Assembly (NCBI RefSeq): GCF_009914755.1
Contig: NC_060926.1
From: the human T2T-CHM13v2.0 reference genome, Homo sapiens
Reading direction: 5' to 3' (one strand)
Length of the DNA stretch: 64,000 bases
In this document: one piece after another, positions 1 through 13,479 of the stretch
Layout: every line of letters begins with the position of its first letter
Numbering within the stretch: position 1 is the stretch's first letter
The notes under the pieces: generated by a model
Told to the model about the DNA's origin: nothing
Seen by the model: the letters and a program-made list of their open reading frames with translations, nothing else
Database searches by the model: none
Position numbers and translations under genes: made by a program

Positions 1-48
1 CACACACTATATATTACTATATATATACACACACATATGTATATATAC
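1..48. repeat. (CA)/(TA) degenerate microsatellite
   Basis: cacacactatatattactatatatatacacacacatatgtatatatac at the window start. Confidence 0.8.
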
Positions 49-130
49 GCCTTACACAAATGTTTCACTTCCTTGGAGTATTCTAAACAGCACCCAGGAT
101 TGAGAAAATGAATGAATTAAAATGGGAAAT

Positions 131-625
131 TGTTGCAGGCCGAAAGAGTGAGGGTAACGATCAACTCAGTATACCACTGGAAGCTACATGAGTAAACAGC
201 AAACTGTTCTCATGAAAGCAGGATGTTGGCAAACTGACAAACTGCGTCTGCCACCCAGAAGGAATGCTGAGGGCAGTCACGACCCAGGCACAAGTGTTTC
301 TTGTAATTAGGCACATCTGAAGCCTGTTAGCAATAACGTGAACCTGTGATCAATTAAGCAGCTGCCCAATCTTTACCACCTCCTCCCTGCTCTTTCTACC
401 CAATAAATAAGAAGGGCTATAGAAGCTCAGGACTGCCTTTGCTCACTGGAAGCAGAGAGCTGTCTACTTCTTCCCCTGGACCCTTCCTTTAAAACAGTTT
501 CTTTTGTCTTAAGTTTTCATTTCTGCATTTGTCCTCCTTCGTTCAGTCTAATGGGGGTCTCAAGTAGTAACAGTAGTAACTGTCGTAGTGACGGTCTCAA
601 GTGGTAACCATGGCAGTCTGCAAGA
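131..625 (+). mobile_element. Solo LTR of HERV-K HML-6 (LTR3B-like)
   Basis: Starts TGTTGCAGGCCGAAAGAGTGAGGG..GATCAACTCAGTATACCACTGGA, matching recalled LTR3B; AATAAA near 402; 6-bp TSD GGAAAT at 125-130 and 626-631; terminal CA appears mutated to GA. Confidence 0.85.
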
Positions 626-1382
626 GGAAATATGTAAGAATTGGCAGGGGTTGTTAATCTGCATTGAAGTGAATAGTGTCCATTAAAGGATAATTTCAGT
701 TATCCCCATATTATACCCATATGTCCCCTAAATATACCCATATTTGTGATTTTATCAAGCTGATATAAAATACTTTACCCTATTTGGTGAAGTATGTCTC
801 TGTGACACTGTCACAAAGACAGTGAATCATTCTGTAATATTGCACAGGGCTCTGAGGAACATGAGAGCATCTACTCCATATTCTCTCTTCCATGTTTGAC
901 AATTTTTCAAATTCCCTAGGCCAGCCACTTTTCTTTTATTTCAGTGCTTACGGTTCTATGATGATCTTGTCTTTCTCACGCAGCTGGGATTTCTGGGAGA
1001 ATAGCAATGATTTGAAGAAATGAGCCGGTGGGATTAAGCCAGAATGACTGCATCTTCCCATACAACTGTGGATAACTATGATGCCTTCCCTGTTGTTCCT
1101 GTCTTTTCTCCACCCCACCTCATCATTTTCACTTTGCCCTGTTGTCCTTCAGACCTATGCTTTTGGAATCCTTGTGTGGTCAGTCTGCCTTCTCTTAGTC
1201 TCATTCCTGTTTGCCAGCCATCAAAGGCCTGTGTGTTTGTAACAGGTGGATCCTGGAGTTTGGCTCCTTGCAGAGACTATCTAATGGCCTCGTTTGTTGA
1301 TTTGCTGCTGGAGGCATGGCTGTCCCAAAGATTAACTGGGTTCAAATCTTTTCTACTTCCAACGCTTAGTCACAAAACAGTG

Positions 1383-1525
1383 CTTGCTTGCTTGCTTCCT
1401 TCCTTCCTCCTTCCTTTCTTATTCCCTCCGTCCCTCCTTTCCTCTCTCCCTCCTCCCCTCTCTCGTTTTCGTTTTTGCTTCCTTGCTTTCTTTTTCTTTC
1501 TTCATCTTTCTCTCTTTTTTTCCCT
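1383..1525. repeat. CT-rich low complexity / (TTCC)n-(GCTT)n simple repeat
   Basis: gcttgcttgcttgcttccttccttcctccttcc... polypyrimidine tract. Confidence 0.85.
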
Positions 1526-4500
1526 ATGTGCTTACTAAATGGGTGGCATGAAGTGGAACAGTTAATAAAATGCCTCTTCCCTATGGAGGTCCAGCATCTA
1601 TGTCTGCACAGCTGTGCACTGCACAGCACCAGAAGAGCAATTCACATAGATCCTGATGTGAAGTGTCCCTAGAGTTGTGGACTATGATATTTATGTTTGG
1701 AGGCTGTTGGAGGAGCTTCTACTACCTTTTAATTATGTGAAAGCATGTCTAGAAAATTCAGACCTTTTACATTCTCACATTTTCATAACGTGCAAAGGAT
1801 CCAATGATAAACTACCTTACTAGTATTTGCCTTTCCAAGGTGGCATATCCTTATTCCACATTTAAATCCTTAACAATAGAATGTAAGGACTGAAAAAGTA
1901 ATGGAGATCCTCTGGTATATGCTCCTTACTTTATAAATAAAGGCATTGCTGTAAATTGCAGTGAATATTATTTTTTAAGTTATAAAATCACAATGCCTAA
2001 GACCAAAGTACTTATTTTTCAGTGGGGTGTTATGTCACTACATGAAATGTAGATTTCTAGACCATTTTGAAATATTAAAATAAAACCTATAAGGCATGAA
2101 TAAAACTATTTCTCTTTAAAATAAGAAACAACGTAGATGTGATGGAGTCCCCATAATTATAGTGGCAGTTTAATATGAAAAATGTGTTCTTAAGTTATTT
2201 TATAATGGACTAACACTGAACCTAGATTCTCTACAATTTCTAACTGTTAAAAACTGACCCTAATTTTGACTAGATACTTCATTAATATTCATTTGTGTAT
2301 AATTGCCTTAATTTCAGTGATAATGACTTCAGCTACCAACTGTTTGATTGATGGGTCTTGCATCTTCTCTGGGAAGAAGCTAAGATATAAAAATCACACC
2401 ATTCATGCATGTCTGGTATTTTTAGCTGCCTTTAATTACTAACCAGCTAAATAAGCATGCAAACCATGCTGTGATTGATAGGATCTCTTGGTTGAAGTGA
2501 TTTTTTTTTTCTCAGAATTTGGAAGATGCTTGAATCAATTGAGTACTAAAAATAACCACTGAAAACTGAATCTTCCAGAATCAGGATGCTCTTGAATAAA
2601 AGCATCTAACAAGAAGGAAGGATTAACCTGTAGCCTTTAAGACATTCTGATTGGAGAAAGAAGCAACAGAAAGTTCTCATTGAGTGCAGCAGTATGAAAA
2701 GAAAAAAAACTGTAATACTCCAAATCTTTATTTACTGAAGACATGCTAAGTAGCAACATGCCAGAAACAAAAGGAGACATGAACTTCAGGTCAGTGGGGG
2801 CAAAGAAAAGAACAAGACAGAGAACACAAAATATGCAACTGAGCCCGATGACCTAAGGCTGAGAAAAACACATTTTAGCTCAGAGCTGTGTCTGCTTTGG
2901 GAGGATGATAGCATTTCTTATATCATACAATGCTGGTGAGTAAAATTTCGAGGGAGGAGTTCCACAGAGAGATATTTGAAAATATCAACTATGTGAAAAC
3001 AAAAATGCTTTCAAACCAAGCACATTGTAATAATAATAAAGCAAAATGCAACAACAACCAAAAAAAATGCACTAGAAATCTGGAAGAGGCTGCTCTAGTC
3101 AAGAATCAACTTAGCTAAGAAGTGTTTCTAGATACTTTCTTTGTTAATAATAAACAGTATTATCCTAAAGAAACATGATAATTAGAATGCTGCCACTCTC
3201 TGAAAGTGTTCTATTCTGTTGGATATCTTGCATTGGATAGGCAGAAGTTGAATTTTGGCACCCCCTGTATTCCTTTATGTTCTCTCTCTCTCTACTGTCT
3301 GACCCTTGTTTATCAAGGGGAAAGCATGCTCTCACTTCTTTTTCTTGGCTGAAGTCCTAGACTCCAGTGGCATATCCAAGTCCAAAATCTCTAAAATAAC
3401 CCACAAACCGTAATATTCTTTCCTCCAGCCATTCAAAACTCTGTCTACATGGTGCTTTTGAAAGAGTTAGGAGGAAAGCAAGCTGATGATTTAAATTCAC
3501 ACTCTTGCTTTTCTTTCTTCTTCAACAATATCTAGACTTTTAAAGAAAATATTTTATAATACCTATGAATCTGTAACGGCTGAATTTAGGAGACATAAAA
3601 GGCAAGACAAAGAAAACTATTTGGAATGATTCTTTTCTTAAATACGTCATCCAAGTGATTTAATCAGATAACGTAGGGAAGGAGAATCAACAGGGAGAGG
3701 AGAAGATAGCTCTGCTTGATACATCGATCTCCATTTTATATGTATCAATTGTTTATTTGTACAAGGATGTGGACATTTATTAGCTTTTGGGGGGTCCTCT
3801 CTAAAGGCTGTTAGGAAAACACAATGACTAGGTAGTAAAGGTGTCATTGGTCTTCCCAGTAAGTAGTTTCCAGCCCAATGGCAAATAATGACTGTCTTCT
3901 CATCTTTGATCCTGTAAAAGTGGGAATACATGACTGTCTTCCTCCTTGCCTCAGAGAAACTATGAGATATAAGTATGATTTTGTTTTTCTGTTTTTGGTA
4001 GGGAAAAAAGGGGATTAAAAAAAGAAGCAAAACAAACAGCAGAAGTAAAACTGTATTTATGATAATCTGCAGTGTATGGCTTTCAAGGCTTGGTTCCAAG
4101 GAAATTGACCCAGTGAAATAGGCTCAGGCACTGCTCACTTTGCACACAGCATAACGCGTTCTCCCAGAGACCGCTCGACAGTGGCTTTATTTATCAGACA
4201 CTTTCACTGACTCCCTGCTCCTTCAACCGTGTGTCTTTCTTCTGTGTAGTAAAAAGAACCCCATTTTCTTCTTTCTCTGTAACATATACTAGAAAACAAA
4301 CAAAAACAAAAACAAATGATGAGATGTTGCATTTTAGAGAGTCTGAGGCCATGTGGAAAAGAAGGAAAGCTGCGATTATGATAACATATGGAGGAAAGTG
4401 AGTTGCTAATGCACTTGGTTTCTTTTATTTATATTCCTTCTTCTGTTCCAAATAGTGTTACTGGGCTGTGAGCACCTGATGACACCCTTACACTGTGCCA

Positions 4501-5029
4501 CGGTGTGATTTTCCTGGAATCAAAGCTGGATTATGCCAGTATTTTCAAGTCTCAAATAAAAATGAGAAAGTAAATCCCACAGCCAGGATCTCTTGTCTAC
4601 ATTAGCTCAGAGCTGGTTAAGTCAGGAATCTTCTAGCCTGGTAGCACTAAAATGGATAGAGGGTGGCCACTCATTTCAGGGTGTGCTTCCTTCCCTAGTT
4701 CTTTTGCTTATGCATGACCATCACTATCATCTGCCTCTTTGGTAGGTCACTAGTAAGCACTAACCCATGATTGCAGTGACTCTCAGAACTAGGAAAGGCA
4801 GACCACACAACACTTTTCTGTTCTTTAGGTAATGATTATGTTGAAAATAAGTGCAGTAGAGGTTAGGGAGAAGAAAGCAAATAATATAAAAATTGCTCAA
4901 TAAATATTTGTAGAACAAAAGAATGAATAGATATGAGCTGAAGGTCTTATTAGAGGTGGGAGAATGGTATTTGCTAAGCAGAGAAAAGTGAAGGGGACTA
5001 CAGGAGAAGAAATAAGAAAAGCCACTTCA

Positions 5030-5252
5030 TTGGCCAGATTCTGTGCTAAATACTTGCATACATCATTTCATTTAATCTTCAAAATATACCAATTAAGGTT
5101 AGTTTTATTATTCTCCTTTTACATGGGAAAATTAAGGCTTAAAAAAATTAAGTAAACTTTGTTCCATTCCATTGTTAGACAGCAACAGAGCCAAGATATT
5201 AATGCATTTATGTCTGACACCAGCTCTTGCTCTGTTCACTGTTCTGCTGTCT
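5030..5252 (-). mobile_element. MIR SINE
   Basis: Reverse MIR core (tttaatcttc..ttttacatgggaaaattaaggctt..aagtaa) and gtctgacaccag. Confidence 0.7.
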
Positions 5253-5339
5253 CACTGAAGACTGACTGAGCTCATTCACAGCCTTCGTTTTACACATTCT
5301 AAATTCTTTCTCCCCATCTTCATGTGTTGAAGTTCTTTC

Positions 5340-5615
5340 TGTCCATTTCGTCAGGTGCAGCTAAAATATCAACTCTTTATGAAGCCTTCCCTGATTCTCC
5401 AAATCAACATGAACTCTCTCTTTTCTAAACACATAGCACTTGTGATGTATTTCTGTCACATAGGCACAGGTGACCTAAGCCCCTCATATGGCACTAACTG
5501 TATTTTGCCTTGCATCACCAATTCAGCTATGGTCTTATATTCTACAGTAAACTGTAACTTCCCTGAGAAACGATGTTCTATTCATCTTTACCTCTATTTC
5601 CCTAGAATGTCTATG
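5340..5615 (+). mobile_element. L2 3' fragment
   Basis: cagctaaaatatcaactctttatgaagccttccctga...actgtaacttccctgag resembles the L2 3' end. Confidence 0.55.
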
Positions 5616-7059
5616 ACTAAGTTGGATCAATTAGATTTTTTTTTAGTGGAATCAACATAGAGAATCTTTGGCAATTTCCTTATTGCTTACATTATTTGCT
5701 TATTAGATATCTGGATTTGAATATTTATAACTCATTTTTCTGCTTAAAGTACAGACTGTAAAATTATCTCAATTGGTCTATGTCCATAAATTTATGACAG
5801 TCTTGAGAAAACATGGAAACTATCACTTTAGAGAGACCCTTATATTTATAAAGCTAGTGAATCACCTGTGTCTGTTGGTGCCATATGACATGAGATAGGA
5901 CAAGCAGCCTGAGGGTGTTTTTTAAACACTGTTTTGAATGAACAAATAGTTGTTGCAAGAGCTTCAAGAAAGCACAGATGATATATAGCTATATTAACTA
6001 TAATATCCCCTCCTATTTAAATTCCATACTTTTATTCATATAATAGTATTTAGTCACAGTTATCTGAGTAGAAAGAAGACAAAAGAAGACTTACTTTTCA
6101 GGAGTAAGAGAAGGTCATCTTGATTGAAGTGTTTAAGTCTTCTTTGTCCTCTTCCAATCTCAGTTATGGAGCATAATAAATTACCTTTCTGTCCCCACGA
6201 GAATTATTAACATAGACATACTATTACCCCCTGTAGCTTCTTAATACACAAAAAAGCTAAACAGGTGTTTCACTCTCTCACACACTATATTACCATGGGG
6301 GAAAATGTTCACATGAAGTATGTCCTCCTATAGAAGATGGAAGGAGTCTTGGAAAACCATATTTATTCTCCATGGCAGGCCATTGTCTACCTTTGGCCTA
6401 GGGAGCATGTGTGGAAGTTTAATTGAGGAATATGTGTCTCAGTTATTGAAGTTACACCCAGTGTAATGAAGAAAGTGGTGACTCCTCTAGTCAGTCAGCT
6501 CATATAAATTCAGCCTTATATATCCTGGGGCAATTGAAGTTATATTTAGGACCCTCTCATGAACACCAAGACAATAGACTATTTCCAGAACCTGAGATAT
6601 GTCCAGCTCCTTGGGTTATTGTCCAAAGATTTTGTCATCTCCAAAATTTAAAATCTTACCTATGCCCAGCTAATTGCAATATTCGTTTTTGATCACTTGT
6701 CTTCAGAGAGAACCACTCTACTGCATTCCTGACCTGCAAACTTTTTGTTATGAAGTTAGTCATTTCTAAACTTCCATCATCCTTCATTTGTCTTTCCTAA
6801 AATGTTTATCACTTTCTACTTTCAGTTATAGTTATTTGTGTTCACGGCTTAGCTTCTTTTTGTAGACAGCAATAACAGGATATGTTCTGAGTCAGCTTTA
6901 TGTCCTTCATAGTTGCTCAAAATATGTTAAAAAGAATGAAGAAAAATGAAAAAAGAAGGAAAAGGAGAAGATGAAAGAAAAGATGGCCAAATGAAGTCTT
7001 TCTAAATATTCTTTTCACTGGGCTTATTTGCCCTAGAAACAAGACACATAAAAATATAG

Positions 7060-7275
7060 GTGTTTTAAGTCAGGTATCCTGAATTCATATTCCAATGCTG
7101 TTCATTACTAGCTGTGTGATCTTGGGAAATTGTACTTAATCTTGTTGAAAAATAGATTTCTTCCTAGAAAAGTGGGTTCAAGGAATACTAAGTTGTGGGG
7201 TTATTTAAAGATTATAAGATTCTGGTGCCTTACGAAGCATGCAGGATAGATGGTTTTCAGGCAATGATGGTAACT
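7060..7275 (+). mobile_element. MIR SINE
   Basis: aagtcagg..tgaattc..attactagctgtgtgatcttgggaaa MIR core. Confidence 0.65.
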
Positions 7276-8059
7276 GTATTGCCTTAACCCTTTCTCAATG
7301 GACCTGCTATCTATCAAACCCACAAACTGATTTCATTTATTCTTTCTCTAAAGCACACTTCCCTGATGGAAAGACCTTTCCCAGCTCCCATTGCTAAGAA
7401 ATCAAGATCATACATATTTGTATTAGAATACACATGATAAATGAAGTAAGCTTCACAATAATACTAAAGCCTCATTTTGCTTTGAATGTCACATTTTAGA
7501 GCATGTGATAATTAGACTCTGATGTGAACTTTTATTTTATTTGTATTTGTATTTTTTTTTTTTTTGTAAAAGGAAGGAGGAATATGCCAGCTGGCTCATT
7601 GGGTTGTGCTACTTCTAAAGAATTATGATGATCTTTTTGTAAGGATAGGCTCTTACCTCCTTCCTAAAAGCAAAGTGATTCACTTGTCTCTCTGCTCCTC
7701 TCATGCTTTTACCCGTAATGTAAGCTGTGAATAGAGCGGCCTTTCAGTTTCTCCAATATATACTTTTTCTCAAGTGGCTTTATCAGGAGCCACTCACAGA
7801 AAATAATATAAAATCCCAGTGAAAATTGGCTTTCATAACAGGGAAAAGTGTGGCCTCAAATAACAAGAAATCCAGACGCAGTAGTAGACTCTGTACATAG
7901 CGGGTCATGGACTTGGCTCTGAATCTCTGTGTTACCTGGTAATTTTCCCAAGTTCTGACCTCAGATTTGGGTAGTATTGTGACTGCTGCAATTTCAAGTA
8001 TCATATCTGGTTTTAATTACATTGCGGGTATAGGTAGGTACAAAAGCGTCTCATCTGAT

Positions 8060-8345
8060 TGTAATAATATCCAGTGGGAGGATGGAACTCTTTCTATATC
8101 TTCCAAGAAGGCCTTTGGAGTCTTAACTTCAAATTTCATTGACGAGAGTCATGCCATATGCTCATTCCAAGCACATCCCTGATGAGGGGAATGAGATGAC
8201 CATGATTAACATAGACCACTCAGGCCTGTGCACCTGAGGCACATGGCATGTGAACCACAGATAGATATCAGAAGCAAAAGTTTTCTGTTACAAAGGACAA
8301 AAGATATGAAAGAATATGGGGCAAGCAACTAACAGAATGGCTGTA
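8060..8345 (-). mobile_element. Old MaLR LTR (MLT1J/K/L-like) fragment
   Basis: gatgaggggaatgagatgaccatgatt..ttctgttacaaagg..gggcaagcaactaacag resembles a reverse MLT1 LTR. Confidence 0.4.
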
Positions 8346-8782
8346 GTGGATTTTTGAATATCAAAATGACTTTTTACGACTCTGAAATGAGAGTCATCAT
8401 CTTTTGATGATATAGTGGGAAAATCAATGTGGAATTCCACGTCGTTTTCATGCATAAGCAAATCATGGGTTGGTTTAGTTTTGGTTTGGTTTTGTTAGGA
8501 TAAAATCAGGAATATTTTGTTGCAAATATAGATATTTTTCCACTTTGAAAACAGATCTTGGGCCACTTTACCTGACCTAATAGATATGGGTGAGTGGAAA
8601 AAAAATTATAAAGTCAAGTCAGTAGTTTTTTGATGTTTAGCTATCTTTAAAATCTACCTCAATGGCAATTTTGAACTTTGGATGATTTTCGGGGTTTCTT
8701 TTTACCTGGAAAGACAAATGCATGGCAGAGCAAGAGTTGTCTTGTTTTATTTCTCCCTATCTGCTTTCTTTTTGCATTTACA

Positions 8783-9650
8783 TGTGTATTTCTCATTTTT
8801 GTTTTCGCTCCATGGGATTTGAACACCCTCCTTATTTGAAGTCATTCCCTATTATGGACTGAATATTTTCATTTCCCTAAATGTATATGCTAAAGCCCTA
8901 ACCTCCCATGTGATTAATATTTGGAGATGGGGCCTCTAAGAAAGTAATCAAGGTTAAATAAAGCCATAAGGGCAGGACCCTGATCTCATGAGATTAATGC
9001 CATTATAAGAAGAGACCTCAGAGAGTTCATTCTCTATATCCTCCACACATAGGCACCAAGGAAAGGTCTTGTGCTGACACAGGGAGAAAGCTGTCATTTA
9101 CAAGCTGGGAGGAGACCTTCACCAGAAACTGAATTTGCTACCACCTGGATCATGAACTTTTACTCTCCAAAACGGTGAGAAAATAAATTTTTGTTCTTTA
9201 AGGTACCTAGTTAATAGTATTTTCTTATGATAGCCTGAGCAGACTAATACATTCCATAAAGTGGAATTCTTGTGGGAGGCAGTGACTCTTTCTTATTAAA
9301 GAAGGCTAAAAAGGCCCATCAGTCAGCCAACCCAGGAAAATGTGTGGTCTGGTCTGGGATCAGGTAAGTTAATGCTCCTGCCCAGGACTGGAAGAAGCAA
9401 TGGAAATATCCAAATGCAGTTAAGGAATTAGCCACAGGACAGTAGGAGTGTTGAGATTCTAACAAATGAGTTATCAGGGGCATGACCTAAGCTGTCCACT
9501 GTCACCTTGTTTTGCTTGATTCTTGCTTGTTTTCTGAGTCTGGTTCTCCAGACTTTTGTTTGTGTGTTGTCTCATACCTTTTGCTACTTAAATGAGCCAG
9601 ATTTTGTTTGTGTGTTTGCATGCGTGAATACTTTCTAATATGCCTCTGTT
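8783..9650 (+). mobile_element. ERVL LTR (LTR41-like), split by an MSTC insertion
   Basis: atttgaacaccctccttatttgaagtcattcc|...ttcttgtgggaggcag..gaaggctaaaaaggcc; 3' cttaaatgagccagattttgtttgtgtgtttgca. Confidence 0.5.
8850..9251 (+). mobile_element. MaLR solo LTR (MSTC/MLT1A-like)
   Basis: TATTATGGACTGAAT...GGGGCCTCTAAG..AATAAATTTTTGTT..CAGACTAATACA; imperfect 5-bp TSD TTCCC/TTCCA. Confidence 0.85.
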
Positions 9651-10174
9651 CATAAATAAGAGGCTGGCGGGTATTTAGAACCAAAAGTTAATGATCACAT
9701 GACTACTCCTTTCACACTCTAAGGATCTCAAGAATCAAGACTATTTTTTAGCCACACATTCTCGGTCTCCCAGATTTGCTCCAAACCTTTCCCTGACTCT
9801 GGAGCCTTTTATTCATCAAAAAGAAGTTCATAGCCGTGTGGCATGAGGGATAAGATTACGGTCCAAGAAAATAGTTATCTTGGATCAAAAATTTCTTTTA
9901 AGGCTATTCTCATTCTGGAAAAAAAGAAAAGATTAAAAGCCCCAGTTATTTTGTGACTTTAGCAATTGTGTTCAGAAATCTGTTCTTGGCAAGAGAGGCA
10001 AGCCTATCTGCTGGAGGGAAACAGGAGGCCTGCTGGCTTTGCAGAAGGCAATGGTGTTTTGGTTCCTGTTGAAATTTGTGTGTTTTGTTTGTATACAAAG
10101 CAACATTCGTATAAAATATGCTCTTCATCATTACTTTATTCTGAAATGGAAATAACTGAAAAAATGTTTTTTGA

Positions 10175-10600
10175 CATTCTCCACCAGGGTGTACACCATT
10201 TGTTACAACTGCAGAACTTGCATTGGCACATCATTATGACTCAGGGACCATAGTTTACATTAAGGCTCACTCTTTTGTTGTTGTAGTTGTTGAAACAAAA
10301 TCTCACTGTGTCATCCAGGCTGGAGTGCAGTGGCATGATCACAGCTCACTGCAGCCTTGACTTCCTGGGCTCAAGTGGTCCTCCCACCTTAGCCTCCCAT
10401 GTGGCTGGGGCCATAGGTGCTTGCCACCATGCTCAGCATTTTGTGTGTGTGTGTGTGTGTGCAGATAGGGTCTCACTATGTTGCTCAGGCTTGTTTTGAA
10501 CTCATGGGCTCAAGAGATCCTTCTGCCTTGTCCTCCCAAAGTGCTGGAGGCATGAGCCACAGCTCTTAGCCCTAGGGTTCACTCTTGATCTTTTTATTCT
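10175..10600 (-). mobile_element. L1MC-type 3' UTR fragment interrupted by an Alu
   Basis: catttgttacaactgcagaac..cacatcattat..catagtttacattaaggctcactctt. Confidence 0.65.
10275..10571 (-). mobile_element. AluJ with (TG)n in the middle linker
   Basis: J-type gatcacagctcactgcagccttgacttcctgggctcaag; imperfect TSD TA(A/G)GG(C/T)TCACTCTT at 10261-10274 and 10573-10586. Confidence 0.9.
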
Positions 10601-10779
10601 ATTAAATTATTTTGCCTACAATTGCTAAATATTTTCTTCTTCAAAATCAAACAAACAACAAATCAAATCTTGTCTAGTGGAGACCACAAAAGAAATACCT
10701 TCAGCATGTGAAGTTTCATTCAGTAAAAATGTATTGAGTGCCACCTGTATATAATTTCCTGTAACATTGTTCTTCATAA

Positions 10780-10935
10780 AACTGGCCGGGGGTGGAGGTC
10801 AGGAGCAGCTCTGATTTGTAGTCTTTGCAATGTCCATGGTGTAAATACTACACTTTCACCACCATGGCTGATCTCAAGCTACCAGAGTGATTTCACTGAA
10901 CCTGGAACTGGAAAGGGTACAATCTCCAGCACTAG
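10780..10935 (+). mobile_element. MER63-like hAT DNA transposon
   Basis: ctgatttgtag..ccatggtgtaaatact..caccatggctgatctcaagctacca..cactgaac matches recalled MER63. Confidence 0.7.
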
Positions 10936-12659
10936 AATTCCAGTATAGAGAGTAAAAGAAATCACATTCAGCTGGTAGTAGCAATGAAGATGTCAAAGAG
11001 GACTAGTTCTGGGAAGGCTAAGATTAGGTAAAGATTCTATATGAAAGGAGATAGAAGATGGTGGTGTGCATCAGAGAACGGCGGGAACAGAAGGTGGGTA
11101 GAAGGGAGCAGAGGGCTATAATGGAGGACAGTTGAAAAAGGATATGTTGGGAGAATGAGTGTAATAAGGATGGAAGGAAGCAGCACACCAACAAGGAGAA
11201 AAATGCTGAGTTGGTGTTTGACATATGGATCTTCTCTTGTATTAAGGCATGCAGGGCTATCATCACATAAAAACTAGCAGCCACACAGGTCACATTTCTT
11301 GGGAAGGACACTAAGTAAACCAGTGGCAAAGGCATTCAGCTTTCCAAAGATTATTCCATCAGCACTTGCCTATCGGTGCATTCCATGTCTCTGGGCTTGC
11401 ATTAGGTTAAAGGTCTTTTGTATCTGTGCAAGGTACCAGGAAATAGGTACAAGAGCCACAAGGCAGTATCCTTGAGCCTGCACTGTGACTCCAGAATGTG
11501 GATATCACCAGAGGGGTTTTGTTCGAGAAAAACAGCTTTAAATGATCTATGTTTCTTAGTCATTTTGGGTCTAGCCGGGCAGCCAGACTCCCTGCAATGC
11601 CAGGCCAGTAATTGTGTGGGCTCAGAATATCAAGAAAGCAGACATTTATCAACAAGGTGCATTCTGAGACATAGAACTCCCTGAGCAGGGGAGAGGCTGT
11701 GCTTCCAGGCTCAGTTATCCCTTCTGTTTTGGAGACATATCTTTATCAAGGAAGAGCAGGATAATGATGATGCTTTCATGCTCTCTATGGTGCCCAAGGC
11801 CCGTGAGGAGGCATTCAGCTTCTTCATTTTTCCTGCTTGACTGTGCCTGAATATACGAGAAGCTTCAGGATGCATGGCATGTTTGCTACTTCTTTTCTCT
11901 TCCTTCCCGCTCTCATGCTGCACTGATGTTAGGCTGATTCCTTGTCATCATAAAATTAGATGCTGTCTTTGAATCAGTGTTTCTTTTCAGCTTCCTTGGA
12001 AGGGATATCTCCATCTGCCATGTCCTCAGGTGATCTCATAGGAAGGAACTAAGGTCCAACGAAATTCATTTGCCCAGGTTCAAAAAGCAGAATTAGGTTC
12101 TATTGATCATCTTTAAAAGCTCCACCCAAGAAGGGTCATAACTCATAATAACTCATTATACAGAGCCTAGGGGATACCACCTGCAAGACATGGAGAAGAA
12201 CTGGCCAAGAGAGGGCCCAGGTGAAAGCAGAGTAACAGCTCATAATAGAAGCAAGTGTCCATAAAACTGAGCTGTCTTCCTTTGCAGGCACCAAGCCTAT
12301 TTTTAAACATAGACTAAAAACACAAACAATGAAGCAAATCTGTTTGATGTCCATTTATGACTGACAGATATACTGCTTCCAGCATACCAGGGTCCCTTTC
12401 TTATTTTTGTTCCCCTGTGGAGGAGGAGGAGGACCTCAGCATTCTATGCCTTGTCTCCTTAGCTTTTACAATAGCTGTTGATTTGTTTCGGTGACAGAAT
12501 CCTGCTAGCTCCAGATCTAGTTACTGGAGCATAAACTAAACTCAGAGTAGGAGATGACCATGACCAATGAACTCTCATTCTACTGCTTGTGTCTATGAAG
12601 GAAAGACCACTTGACCTTCTGTAACAATAGCCCTATCTCCTCAGTTATATTCACTTATC

Positions 12660-12945
12660 ACTGAACACAGGTTCTTCCTACTTAAAACTCTGGGAACACT
12701 CCATTCCCTCACCTGGTAGCTTCAGTTGCAGTCAGGAATGAGATATCTGGTCTCCCATACTGAGTCCCTGTGAGCTGATTCTTCAGAATGGAATCCTACT
12801 TCTATCATGGTACTACATTGCTCTGAAGTTTTCTGCTTCCATGTCTGTCTCTTCTTTACAGGCAGGGAATGTGGTCCATTCATTTCTGTATACCTGTCAC
12901 CAAGCACAGGGTGTGGCAGACATTAGGAGACTTAATAAGTGGTTA
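12660..12945 (+). mobile_element. L2 3' fragment
   Basis: ggcagggaatgtggtccattcatttctgtatacc..agcacagggtgtggcagacattaggagacttaataa. Confidence 0.6.
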
Positions 12946-13479
12946 GATTCCATTGCCACAAACTAGCTAGAGAAAAAAATAATATATGTCAGGTTAAGGC
13001 TCTGCCTTGCAGTGTCCTCCTTGCTGGTCTTTCAGTCCTGGGCAGAAAAGAGCAATAATGAATTAAAAGCCCAACACCTCCTATCAGAGATCAGCTAACA
13101 GAAATCCCTATGCAGATCAATAAGTCTATTCTCTGACATTTGTTCTCCCTGTGGCCTGGATAGCCTTCTTTTGTCTTTGTTTACTGGGAGATTTTCTCTG
13201 TTTACCTGCCTCATATTCAGACCTATAGAAACTTTGGGTCCTGATGCCTATCAATAGCTAGCTGGTTCTATCCCTAGCCTAGCCCAAGCATAAGCTCGGG
13301 AAAATCTGGATTTCCAGACTAAATACAGGAAGAAACATGTGCTGTTTGTCTGCTATTTGTCATTTTTGGTCCAGTCTAGCATCCTGTTTTCAAAGGGCTT
13401 TACGAAGCCCTATGTACCTCATTCTTCTCCTGTGCAGTATAAATAGGGAATAGGCTTCAGGGCTTACCAAGTGCTTCGA

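Noticed and set aside
700-745. Short ATACCCATAT repeats
   Set aside because: Degenerate local slippage with no regular spacer structure; not a CRISPR-like array.
1044-1672. ORFs of 164, 87 and 94 aa
   Set aside because: They run through a CT-rich simple repeat that lacks stops; the composition is low-complexity with no recognisable domain.
3647-4099. 150-aa minus-strand ORF with a hydrophobic stretch
   Set aside because: Non-ATG start; the hydrophobic run derives from an A-rich tract; no family resemblance.
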